NCBI GenBank assembly: GCA_002269645.1
Contig: NIVC01000152.1
Location: forward strand, 62,001 to 126,000
Origin: Macrostomum lignano
Lineage: Eukaryota
Length of the DNA stretch: 64,000 bases
Direction of reading: 5' to 3'
A program made the translations under genes and the position numbers. Positions 1 to 10,878 of the stretch are shown here, in pieces. Position 1 is the first letter of the stretch; every line of letters begins with the position of its first letter. Below the pieces are notes generated by a model that was given only the letters and a program-made list of their open reading frames with translations, was not told the DNA's origin and made no database searches.

Positions 1-2
1 AC

Positions 3-47
3 GAGCAGCTAAAGCGCTTGCTGGAACAGCGTCTTGGCAATGCTTGA
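3..47 (+). CDS. Possible C-terminal end of an upstream gene (EQLKRLLEQRLGNA*)
   Basis: Frame 3 reads as coiled-coil-like codons ending in TGA at 45-47, followed by AT-rich UTR-like sequence. Too short to identify. Confidence 0.25.
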   Translation, partial: EQLKRLLEQRLGNA

Positions 48-586
48 CTTCAGGTCTTGTTGATACTCGTATAGAAGCAACTCAAAAATCGTATTTATAC
101 ACCTTTCTATCATATTGGAAAGCTGTCTGGTACAGCTGTAATTATCATTCCAGCTCAAAGTTCGGTCCGGCCAGTTACTGAACAGATTTCTTATCGAATT
201 TCACAACATATAGCTTTCCAAATAAATATGTTTCAGGTTAAAAATTTGTTAGAAGTGTCGCATACTGCATATAGAAATGAGAAAAGTAAGTGAACCAGAG
301 CTGGCTATATACGTGGATTATTTATCAAATCGTGTCCTTGTTTATTATTTGAAAATCAACAAATACATGACATTTCATGACATTGTTAGCAACTAGGAGG
401 CTAAAGATCAAGCAAATGATAAGCATACCGGTTTCATGTTATACATACAACCACTCCTGCAATTGTTTATTGGCTAGTTAAGTCAAAGATTACGGTACTT
501 AATTATCTCTTCTAGCAACTGGGCTAAATAATGTTTTATTTTGGGGGGAAACATGTAAGTGTTGCTTGCTGTCCATAATTGAATCG

Positions 587-922
587 TTAGCAGCTGCTGT
601 CAGGTAAAGGGCAGCAATAATTACCAGATTCTCTCAGGTAGAGAGCGCGGCGATTGCTTGGCTGACAATGGTTGTTGATCTGGACAGTCACAGAATTGCC
701 GTTGCCGCAAATATTAACCAGAGAGCCGTACTGACTGATACTACTGGCAATAGTAGAATCTCTACTAATACCATTAGTACGGCGGGCTTCGGTTCGAGAC
801 TCTCTGACACTGCTGTTCGTGATGTTGTCTGACGTCTGTCTGGCGAGCTGTTTCCGACCGGCCTGACTTCGCATGGCCACATTCTGACTGTCGCTCTCGA
901 TTGGCTTTGTTGAGGTCTCCAT
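587..922 (-). CDS. Hypothetical 111-aa ORF or exon, Ser/Arg-rich, with a beta-arch/RHIM-like segment (VNICGNGNSVTVQINNH)
   Basis: Non-repetitive ORF with an ATG, relatively GC-rich against AT-rich flanks. No family recognised. Confidence 0.25.
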   Translation of the reverse strand: METSTKPIESDSQNVAMRSQAGRKQLARQTSDNITNSSVRESRTEARRTNGISRDSTIASSISQYGSLVNICGNGNSVTVQINNHCQPSNRRALYLRESGNYCCPLPDSSC

Positions 923-1339
923 TAGGTTTGGCTTTCTTTAGAGTAATTGCGACGCAGTTGCCGCAAATGTCGTGTTTATAGCAATTAAAGTGCCTAGTTA
1001 ATTTACACTTATTTCAGCTATTTGCTACACTAGCTCTGAGTTGAGAAACGAGGTCCTAAGAGCGTATATTGTGCTTTGAAAAGTTTGAGTCATCTTTAAA
1101 ATTGTACTAGCAAGAATTGCACCCGATGGCTTTGCCAGTACGTCAATTATGTCTTGAGCAGAAAGAATAAAAGTTTCTAATGAAGAATAATGGGTTTGTG
1201 CAATTTCTATTTTTACCCAAGCTTCTCAAGCTAGCTTCAATAGAACTCTTCACATTTGGTGTCGAATCACTATTTCATACTTACGTTGATGAAACCTGAT
1301 TAAATTTTAGTGCTTAAAACTAAGAATTTCTTGCCTCGC

Positions 1340-1590
1340 TTCGCACTCTTCTCCCTCCTCTCTCATTTCTCTCCCTCTCCTCTCATTCGATCCTCTCCCT
1401 CCTCCCCCATTCCTATCTCTCCCTCTCATTCCTCTCCCTCCCCTATCCTTCCTCTCCCTCCCTCTCATTCCTCTCCCTCCCCTATCCTTCCTCTCCCTCC
1501 CTCTCATTCCTCTCCCTCCCCTATCCTTCCTCTCCCTCCCTCTCATTCCTCTCCCACTCCAATCTTACTGTATACCTCTTCCTCCTGTTG
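1340..1590. repeat. CT-rich ~39-bp minisatellite
   Basis: Tandem unit gives a 13-aa periodicity (GGRGMRGRERKDR) in the ORF track. Confidence 0.85.
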
Positions 1591-2346
1591 AATCCCTCTC
1601 CCCTCTTATTCCGATCTTCTATTTATTGTACTACATGTAGATATACATTAGCCGAGAAATATTCAAGATACATGTAAAGTAAATGGAATATGGAAGCTAG
1701 GTTTTGTTAATATAATCAGAGGTTTCATTAAGGTTTCGCTTTCAGTATTTTTTTTTCATTGAAATTACGAGCATACAATTTTCATTAAATTCCTAAAACA
1801 TGAATTGATTTCGAACGAGGATCCAAAAGTCCCGAAGCTATTTAGCTTTTTGCTTCGGTTGCCTACAATCTTCCTGTCAATTACAGCTCTGCATCTCTTC
1901 CATTTTTTAATTGAATATCTCATTTTAGCATAAAAATGAAAGCTTTACTTCAAAACCCTAATTTTTATTTCGGTCAATTTTGCAGTGTTTGTGTTGGCAA
2001 ATAGGATCTCGAACAAAACAAGCTTCGGCTTTATCAACGCGGATGCAATAAAACAATTTTTTTTAAAGAATATTACTTATTCGCCTTTATTGTTAATATT
2101 TAACCCGAAAATTCAATTTTAAACAATAGTATTAACGTTGTTTCCTTTTTATTTATCCAATACATTTGGGTTTGTGCATCGTCTGCATCATTTTAGTTTC
2201 AGATTTCATGACTATTTTCAATTGTCCAAAGCAAAATTCTTATCTACCTTGATTTCCTGTTTAAGACAGATTTGTAAGGAATACTATTGTAGTAGTTCAT
2301 GTTCGTAGACTTTTACTGTACTTAAAGTATACAATTTTTTTAAAAA

Positions 2347-4544
2347 ATGAGCAAAAAGTTGCTTACAGAGCAAAACACCCTGCCTGATATATGTGTGCAT
2401 TTAAATGGAGTTGCTCCTGCTCCACGCAGAGACTTTTTCGACTTGAAGGTGTCATTGAAGCAGAAAAAGGTTTGTTGTATTTAGTACTTTTTCATTCTTG
2501 CCATAGGAACGCTAAAATTCTTAATAGAATAAATTCTTTGAATATGCTAGCTGCTATGGTATTTTTGCTTCACATTATCATTGACAATAATTTAGCAATT
2601 TTGGCAGTTAACAGTAATAAATCACAAATTATTATTAATAAATGAATATTTTTAGCTCTGTTTATTAGCAAAGTAAACAGAGTACATTGTTTCGTGTTGT
2701 GGGTCTTTGTTAGTATTTAGAGTTTCTTATTTAATTTCATATGTAAAACTCTACTATGAATTTCGCTGAAAAATTGTTTTAAAATGTTCAATTAAAATTG
2801 AAAACTAAGGTATTTTAATATCTGATTTGTCTTAAATTTTATTATTACTGTATTTTGCCTAGTTGAAAGCATTTTATATGTTATTAGCTTGCTAAATATT
2901 TATGTTTTATTGTATTCGGACAAAAAAACAAAAATTTGGTTTTTCCTATTGCAAGACATTTAAGGAAACTCATTTGTTTCATTTAGGTTATTTATTGAAG
3001 ACAGATATCCACCCATCCATTATTCACATGTATTATTTTAAATACAAAAACTTCTACTCTATATATACAATGCATTAGGCTTCAGTCAATCGTCTCCGAA
3101 CAGAAGCTTTAAAATGAATAAAACATTATTAGCTTGAACTATCATCTAATTTCACTAGGGCAGAATTCATACAATTACCTTCAAATCCAATGTGTTGGGC
3201 ATCGTGTAAGCAGCCTGTTCTACATGATTTATAAACTGAAAAAACGTCTGCACATTGCGCCTTGCCGCAAGTGAAAGCAAAGGGCAGTCACCCCTGAGCA
3301 CACAAACAGATACGTACCCAGGCACCCGCTTCTACAGGGTGTATAACAGTCCTGGCAACAATAAAATCAATAAAAAGACCATGGGTATATTCCGTCTGTA
3401 AAAAGACTTGTGATTGCACCGAAACGTTAGTGAACTACTAGATGTCAAACTCGCTAATGTACTTTATATTTTGTCTTCACCCACCCCGCAGGTGAGCCTG
3501 ATCAAGTGGATTATCACTTCTCGCCAGGAGGAGGGCAAACTGCGTCCCGCCGAAGTTACCGACAAGTTCGAAGATTTCCCTAGCGAAATGATGAACCGTA
3601 AGTTGCAACCAACTGTTTTTAATTCAATGATTTTTTCCTAACTAATTACCCTTCCCCCGGCTCCAGGCTACATACCTTACGTGTTCGGCAAAGACATTGT
3701 GCGGTACATCGAAGGCCTGATTGAAGGCAATTATGATTGGCTGGTCCGCCTACCTGACGATCTGCTTGTCTACCTGTTGACCTTTCTCAATCTGGAGGAC
3801 ATTGAACGATTGTCGCATGTTAGCACGCGATTGAAAATTGTGAGTTGGCTAATGTCTAAAAAAGCTACTTAGTAATCTTAGAAATCTTAACGATAGATTC
3901 ATAAATTAAAAACCAGGACCTCAGCTCCGGACAGCAGCACACTTTCGAACTTTCTAACTAGCAGTTGTGCGCAAGTTATAATAGATTCTTTCATAACCTC
4001 GAATGCTTCCCTGCAGATCTGCACTTCTGACGCGCTGTGGAAGAAGCTGTTCTATCTGCACATGCCGTCCCTGGTCAGCCCAGAGGTTGACTCTCTGGCC
4101 GATGAGAACGGTTGGAAGAGCGTCTTCTATTCGCGTATATTTGAGCGCAAAGTGAGCACAATCTGCCCTTCCTATTGCTGTTCAGGCTCATAGATCTTTG
4201 AAGACAGAGAGTTGCGCAATCGCTTGCACAATTTTATTTATTTCCAGCTCCGCGCCAAGCACCTGCTGCAGTCCCAAAGCAGCGAGGCATCGACGCCTCG
4301 GCTTACATCGGCGTCGACAATTTCTCGCGACTCGCCGACACCGTCGCGTTCGGTCAGCGCCGTGGCCGCAGCTGCCGACGGTCGGAGACGTCGTGGCGAT
4401 GATCAAATGGATGACGAAGATGAGGATATTGGCAGCGAAGGCATGGACGATGAGTCGCTGATGTCCTGGCGGTTGACGAGGACGCCGGCAGAGGAGAGAG
4501 AGCTGGGTCAGCAGGAGCTGGAGCTGGAGAGCGTTGTGGAATAA
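2347..4544 (+). CDS. FBXO36: F-box protein, FBXO36-like, 277 aa; join(2347..2469,3492..3597,3667..3839,4017..4151,4248..4544)
   Basis: All junctions are GT-AG and in phase (834 nt). N-terminal LNGVAPAPRRDFFDLKV resembles FBXO36 GQGPPPSKDYYQLLV. F-box: RLPDDLLVYLLTFLNLEDIERLSHVSTRLKIICTSDALWK. DSLADENGWKSVFY resembles RALAEDTGWRQLFF. Confidence 0.85.
3245..3360 (-). mobile_element. Diverged copy of dispersed repeat family A (TACACCCTGT core)
   Basis: The reverse complement carries tacaccctgt..gaagcg..gtgcctg.gtac..tgtgctcagg, as in the copy at 28720. Lies in FBXO36 intron 1. Confidence 0.5.
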
Positions 4545-4649
4545 ATTTCTGCAATTCTGATGAGCATATTTTTGACTCTTGCGAATTTTTACGATGAATT
4601 GAAAAACAGTCGGATAGGGAACATAGTGCGGGATTTGATGCAACTGCTG

Positions 4650-4915
4650 TGCAATTTAATGCAACTAGTTCAGAATTTGATGCAACTGGACTGAAGTTTG
4701 ATGCAACCGGTGTGCAATTTGATGCAACTGGAGTGAAGTTTGATGCAACTGCTGTGCAATTTGATGCAACTGGAGTGAAGTTTGATGCAACTGGTGTGCA
4801 ATTTGATGCAACTAGTGCAGAATTTGATGCAACTAGTGCGGAGTTTGCTGCAACTGGTGTGAAATTTGATGCAACTAGTGCGGAGTTTGATACAACTGGT
4901 GCAGAACTTGATGCA
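4650..4915. repeat. 21-bp minisatellite (tttgatgcaactggtgtgcaa) downstream of the FBXO36 stop
   Basis: About 12 tandem units, open on both strands (FDATGVK / CIKLHSS). Confidence 0.9.
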
Positions 4916-5432
4916 GCTTCTTCTGATGTTCCCAGCAAAGTGTACCAACTTTTTTACTTGCAACTCTTAGAGGTTAAAAGCAAGCAACCAAAAAATTTTA
5001 CTGGGTGCTTCTTGCGTTGGCTTTAGTCATCCTCATTCCCATATCCTTGCTACCTGTGCCTCTGTACTTCTCCGTCCACTAACGGATTTTTGATCTTTTG
5101 TAATCAATGTTTTCATTCTTTTGATCGATTTCTTTTGCGCGCGTTATGCAACAATACTAGAAACTTTCTACTGTAAGTACTATTTAATGCTTAAAACTAC
5201 TTGCGTTTCTCCTTTTATTTATTGAATTTTTTTCTTAGCTGTTGACGCAAAAAAATACACTGTGCTGTCACAGTGGCCCGGATAATTCGAATTATTAATT
5301 CCACGCTTTGCTGTTTTTATATTTAAACTTTGGAATAGACTTTTAGGTTTCGTGATTTTGTGATAATAAAGTGAGTCCACCTACCCAACCCGCTTCTTTG
5401 CAGCGGACGGGCCACCTTCCGGCGCCACAGCC

Positions 5433-7796
5433 ATGGACCATTTCGACATATCAAGCGGTGCTCCTGCCCTGCAGTGCTTCTCCAACCTTGAGGCCGGGCC
5501 GCCGCCCTTCGCCATGCTCAACATGATGGTTGACGAGCAAATCAGCAGCCGGCCCGAGGCTGGGCGGGAGTCCGCCTCATCGGAGACTGGAAGTTCAACA
5601 TCGGATGCGGAGTCTGAGAAATCGGTGGAGGAGCAGCAGCAGCAGCAGCAAGCACCTCCGGTGCAGCAGCAACTGTTGAGCAATCGCAGCGGCATCATCA
5701 GACCGCCCAGACCGGGAATTTCTCGTTTGCTTGAACAAAACGAAGAAGAGCAGCAGCAGCAGCAGGAGCAACAAATGCCAGAGGAGCAACAAATTTCCAG
5801 CATACCGAAGCCTAGAAATATTCGTCCGCCAGGGCAGAATCTGGAACAACGGCCGCAGCAGCAGCAGCAGGCAATTCAGGTGCAGCGACCACTGTTTGGC
5901 AAACACGGTGACATCGTCAAACCTCCCAGAGCGGCAATTTCTCGTCCTATTGAACAAAAGAAAGAAGAGCAACAGCAGCAGCAGCAAGTTCAACAGGCCC
6001 CTCCGCGTCCAAAACCATCCAGCATTTTATCTCCGGTGTCTGAGCGAAAACTGCAGCCACTGCGCCCGGCCTCTAAAGGGTCTCCCCCGGTCCCGGCTGA
6101 GCAGCAGCAGCAGGAGGTGCAGCTACTGGAGCAACAGCCGCAGAAGAAGACTTCACAAAACGATGACGTCTCGCTTGAAGAACAAAGACTCGAGCATCAA
6201 ACGAAGAAACAAGCCCCCGCTTCTTCTAGTAGCAGCGCTAGCAATGTTGCACCAGCAACAGCGGCAAATCAAACCAGCCTGTTTAATTCTGCCAGGGGCT
6301 CGACAGCGACCGCCGCCCCAACTACGAGCAGACAGGATACTCGATTCGACACTTCGAAACCGTCGCAAAGAAGCAACCTGTTTGGCAGCTTTGGCAGGAA
6401 CCAAGACTATTCCAATACAGGCTTCGGCAGGAACCAAGACTATTCCAATACAGGCTTCGGCAGGAACCAAGACTATTCCAATACAGGCTTCGGCAGGAAC
6501 CAAGACTATTCCAATACAGGCTTCGGCAGGAACCAAGACTATTCCAATACAGGCTTCGGCAGGAACCAAGACTATTCCAATGCAGGCTTCGGCAGGAAAC
6601 AAGACGACCATTCCAATACAGGCTTTAGCATTACGGCTCACAATGCCAATACGAATAGAGGCGGTGGCTTATTCGGCTCAGGTGACAACTCAAACACGGG
6701 TGTGTTCGGCTCAGGTGACAACTCAAACACGGGTGTGTTCGGCTCAGGTGACAACTCAAACACGGGTGTGTTCGGCTCAGGTGACAACTCAAACACGGGT
6801 GTGTTCGGCTCAGGTGACAACTCAAACACGGGTGTGTTCGGCTCGGGCAGTCCTGCCAGTTTCCGTCTCGGATTTGCCGAATCTTCATCTCGGATGCCGC
6901 CTGAGAAGCCGCCGCATTTCTGCTCCTGTTGCGCTGCCCATCGCGCTCAAGAAGAGCAGCAGCAGCTGCTGCAGCCGCAAGAGACGCTCCTGCTGCGCCA
7001 GTCGCTGCGCCAGGCAAGCGAGCTGTCCGCCCGCCTCACCGAGTCTCTCGAGCGCATCGAACGGCTGGCCTCAAGCACCACCGCCGCTGGTGCTGCCGCT
7101 TTGCCGCGCTCCCGTTGTCAGCCACCGTCGATTCCAGCGATGTCAATGACGGCTGCTCCGCCGCCGCCGTCCGCCTCGGTTGAATTCGGCGACATCAGCG
7201 ACGCCGAGGCCAGCGAGGAGCGCCGCGCCGATGCGCTGCGCCGCAACCTGCGCCCGGTGTTCACCGGCGCCGCGGCTTGTTCGAACGGCTCGTTGCTGGG
7301 CTCGAGTCCGACTGGCGACCTCCTGCCGCTGCAGTCGCCGGACGGTCGCTGGACGCCCGACAGTCTGCGCGGCCTGATGGACGTCGGCGCGCTGCGTCAA
7401 CTGCTGCGCGAACTCGGCGCCGCGTCTCTGGGCGCCTCGGTGTTCGCGGATCTGGAGTCGGCCATCTCAACGGCTGCCGTGCTGCTCGCCGTGGCCGTCC
7501 AGCTGCGCCTGTGGCCGCCGAAGCCGGAGGCCGAGGCGGAGGCCGGGCTCCAATCGACTGTCGAACGCAGTGCCGAACTCAATCCACATTTGAAGGCCGG
7601 AATGAAGCGAGCCTGCGAATGGATGCACAAGTTTGAGACTACTCAGCCGGATCTGCTGCAGCGGCTGGAGCTGGCCAGGTCTCAGGCTGAGCTCATGAGC
7701 GCCCTGGTGCACTGCCTGCGCCTGCAGGAGCAGCAGGCGCCGGGGAAGCAGCAGACAGGCGCCAAGTTGCCGGCTTTTGCTCCAAGGAAGAAGTAG
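5433..7796 (+). CDS. 787-aa intronless protein: polyQ and FG-repeat disordered region, a short coiled coil, and a C-terminal PARP4-like MVP-interaction (MINT/INT) domain
   Basis: Long ORF with in-frame stops upstream (5361-5369). The C-terminus aligns by eye with the PARP4 C-terminal domain: DLLPLQSPDGRW vs ELLSLQTEDGFW; LRQLLRELGAASLG vs LHSFLKQKGIQSLG; AISTAAVL vs LIATMLVL; MKRACEWMHKFETTQPDLLQRLEL vs IKQASEWVRRTEGQYPSICPRLEL. Confidence 0.8.
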   Translation: MDHFDISSGAPALQCFSNLEAGPPPFAMLNMMVDEQISSRPEAGRESASSETGSSTSDAESEKSVEEQQQQQQAPPVQQQLLSNRSGIIRPPRPGISRLLEQNEEEQQQQQEQQMPEEQQISSIPKPRNIRPPGQNLEQRPQQQQQAIQVQRPLFGKHGDIVKPPRAAISRPIEQKKEEQQQQQQVQQAPPRPKPSSILSPVSERKLQPLRPASKGSPPVPAEQQQQEVQLLEQQPQKKTSQNDDVSLEEQRLEHQTKKQAPASSSSSASNVAPATAANQTSLFNSARGSTATAAPTTSRQDTRFDTSKPSQRSNLFGSFGRNQDYSNTGFGRNQDYSNTGFGRNQDYSNTGFGRNQDYSNTGFGRNQDYSNTGFGRNQDYSNAGFGRKQDDHSNTGFSITAHNANTNRGGGLFGSGDNSNTGVFGSGDNSNTGVFGSGDNSNTGVFGSGDNSNTGVFGSGDNSNTGVFGSGSPASFRLGFAESSSRMPPEKPPHFCSCCAAHRAQEEQQQLLQPQETLLLRQSLRQASELSARLTESLERIERLASSTTAAGAAALPRSRCQPPSIPAMSMTAAPPPPSASVEFGDISDAEASEERRADALRRNLRPVFTGAAACSNGSLLGSSPTGDLLPLQSPDGRWTPDSLRGLMDVGALRQLLRELGAASLGASVFADLESAISTAAVLLAVAVQLRLWPPKPEAEAEAGLQSTVERSAELNPHLKAGMKRACEWMHKFETTQPDLLQRLELARSQAELMSALVHCLRLQEQQAPGKQQTGAKLPAFAPRKK
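6383..6848 (+). repeat. Two coding 33-bp tandem arrays: (FGRNQDYSNTG)x~7 and (FGSGDNSNTGV)x~5
   Basis: Near-perfect nucleotide repeats, in frame within the 787-aa ORF. Confidence 0.95.
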
Positions 7797-7904
7797 AGCG
7801 TTGGACTGCGCGAATCGCTGCTTTTTGTGTCTTTTTTATTGCTTTTTGCGTGCTTCTGTCGAACAATATAAGCGAATCAGACTTGATTTTTCTATTTAAT
7901 TCTC

Positions 7905-10120
7905 ATTTGAACTGAGTAGTATAGATGTCTACCAGTCTAGTATAGATATCTACCAGTCTAGAATAGATATCTACCAGTATAGTATAGATTTCTACCAGTC
8001 TAGTATAAATATCTACCAGTCTAGTATAGATATCTGCCATTCTAGTATAGATATCTGCCAGTCTAGTATAGATATCTGCCATTCTAGTATAGATATCTAC
8101 CAGCCTAGTGTAGATATCTGCCATTCTAGTATAGATATCTACCAGCCTAGTATAGATATCTACCAAACTCAATACAGATATCTACCAGTCTAGTATAAAT
8201 ATCTACCAGTCTAGTATAGATATCTACCAGTCTAGTATAGATATCTACCAGTCTAGTATAGATATCTACCAGTCTAGAATAGATATCTACCAGTCTAGTA
8301 TAGATATCTGCCATTCTAGTATAGATATCTACCAGTCTAGTATAGATATCCACCAGTCTAGTATAGATATCTGCCATTCTAGTATAGATATCTACCAGTC
8401 TAGTATAGATATCTACCAGCCTAGCATAGATATCTGCCTTTCTAGTATAGATATCTACCAGCCTAGCATAGATATCTGCCATTCTAGTATAGATATCTAC
8501 CAGCCTAGTATAGATATCTGCCATTCTAGTATAGATATCTGCCAGTCTAGTATAGATATCTGCCATTCTAGTATAGATATCTACCAGCCTAGTATAGATA
8601 TCTGCCATTCTAGTATAGATATCTACCAGCCTAGTATAGATATCTGCCATTCTAGTATAGATATCTACCAGCCTAGTATAGATATCTACCAAACTCAATA
8701 CAGATATCTACCAGTCTAGTATAGATATCTACCAGCCTAGCATAGATATCTGCCATTCTAGTATAGATATCTACCAGCCTAGCATAGATATCTGCCATTC
8801 TAGTATAGATATCTGCCATTCTAGTATAGATATCTGCAATTCTAGTATAGATATCTGCCATTCTAGTATAGATATCTGCCAGTCTAGTATAGATATCTGC
8901 CATTCTAGTATAGATATCTACCAGCCTAGTATAGATATCTGCCATTCTAGTATAGATATCTGCCAGTCTAGTATAGATATCTGCCATTCTAGTATAGATA
9001 TCTACCAGCCTAGTATAGATATCTACCAAACTCAATACAGATATCTACCAGTCTAGTATAGATATCTACCAGCCTAGCATAGATATCTGCCATTCTAGTA
9101 TAGATATCTACCAGCCTAGCATAGATATCTGCCATTCTAGTATAGATATCTGCCATTCTAGTATAGATATCTGCAATTCTAGTATAGATATCTGCCATTC
9201 TAGTATAGATATCTGCCAGTCTAGTATAGATATCTGCCATTCTAGTATAGATATCTACCAGCCTAGTATAGATATCTGCCATTCTAGTATAGATATCTAC
9301 CAGCCTAGTATAGATATCTACCAAACTCAATACAGATATCTACCAGTCTAGTATAGATATCTAACAGTCTAGTATAGATATCTAACAGCCTAGTATAGAT
9401 ATCTACCAGCCTAGTATAGATATCTACCAGCCTAGCATAGATATCTGCCATTCTAGTATAGATATCTACCAGCCTAGCATAGATATCTGCCATTCTAGTA
9501 TAGATATCTGCCATTCTAGTATAGATATCTGCAATTCTAGTATAGATATCTGCCATTCTAGTATAGATATCTGCCAGTCTAGTATAGATATCTGCCATTC
9601 TAGTATAGATATCTACCAGCCTAGTATAGATATCTGCCATTCTAGTATAAATATCTGCCAGTCTAGTATAGATATCTGCCATTCTAGTATAGATATCTAC
9701 CAGCCTAGTATAGATATCTACCAAACTCAATACAGATATCTACCAGTCTAGTATAGATATCTACCAGCCTAGCATAGATATCTGCCATTCTAGTATAGAT
9801 ATCTACCAGCCTAGCATAGATATCTGCCATTCTAGTATAGATATCTGCCATTCTAGTATAGATATCTGCAATTCTAGTATAGATATCTGCCATTCTAGTA
9901 TAGATATCTGCCAGTCTAGTATAGATATCTGCCATTCTAGTATAGATATCTACCAGCCTAGTATAGATATCTGCCATTCTAGTATAGATATCTACCAGCC
10001 TAGTATAGATATCTACCAAACTCAATACAGATATCTACCAGTCTAGTATAGATATCTAACAGTCTAGTATAGATTTCTAACAGCCTAGTATAGATATCTA
10101 CCAGCCTAGTATAGATATAT
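7905..10120. repeat. 21-bp satellite (agtatagatatctaccagtct and variants) with higher-order structure
   Basis: About 100 units. The marker ccaaactcaatacag recurs at spacings of 526, 337, 295, 400 and 295 bp. Confidence 0.95.
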
Positions 10121-10878
10121 AAGGCACAGTCAATGCATTGATGGTAAATATTCTCCAGCCATTATTTAAACAGCTTAATATTACTATTGAAGCGATATTT
10201 CGACTATCTCTGTTTTACCCCACAATAACAGCCATTACATTAACCAAATTGTAAGCTTGTGAGTGTCATATTTTTATATTATTTATTCAGCACAGAATAG
10301 AACCATTTTAATTTTTTTGATTTTTTTTATAAACTTGTTTGACCTTTGAATATGATTGCCAGTTGTTTTTTTATTTAAACACATTCAGAATATGTTATCC
10401 ATTACACAGATTTTTGTGTGCCGTGTGTGAACAGTCATGTTGAACACTAATAGCACAAACATACGTCTCACCTGACTGGCTTGTGGATTATTTGATCGGG
10501 TCTTGCCCTAGAATCGTTTTATTCTCGAACTTCTTTATTTTTATCCACTTTATTGTATGTTTATTATTATTACCGAAAGTACAGCTTTCCAAGACACAAA
10601 TATATAGAACATTTTGTGTGCACTGCACTTTTAACCGTCGTTAAAACGTATTTACAACTGTATATGCATGGATGCTGTGTCAACATAGGTTTTTCAATTG
10701 TACTTTTAGTTACCGTATAAGTATTATAGTTAGTCATTCGTCAGTAGCAACAAAAAAGGCAAAGAGGATTAATTTCTTATCAAGGTTCAAAAGTTGGGAA
10801 ATATGGTGTTCCTTGTATATTTCACTGTTCGAAAATTGTTGTTGGGAAAAGTTTCTTAAAGCAAAGATATCGATTTGT

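Noticed and set aside
4649-5026. (FDATGVK)n ice-binding or beta-solenoid-like ORF
   Set aside because: The 21-bp array is open on both strands with no supporting unique coding sequence; most likely a 3' UTR minisatellite.
5595-7712. Overlapping alternative-frame ORFs within the 787-aa gene (e.g. the 472-aa ORF at 5731-7149)
   Set aside because: These are expected shadows of GC/CAG-rich repetitive coding sequence and have no recognisable motifs.
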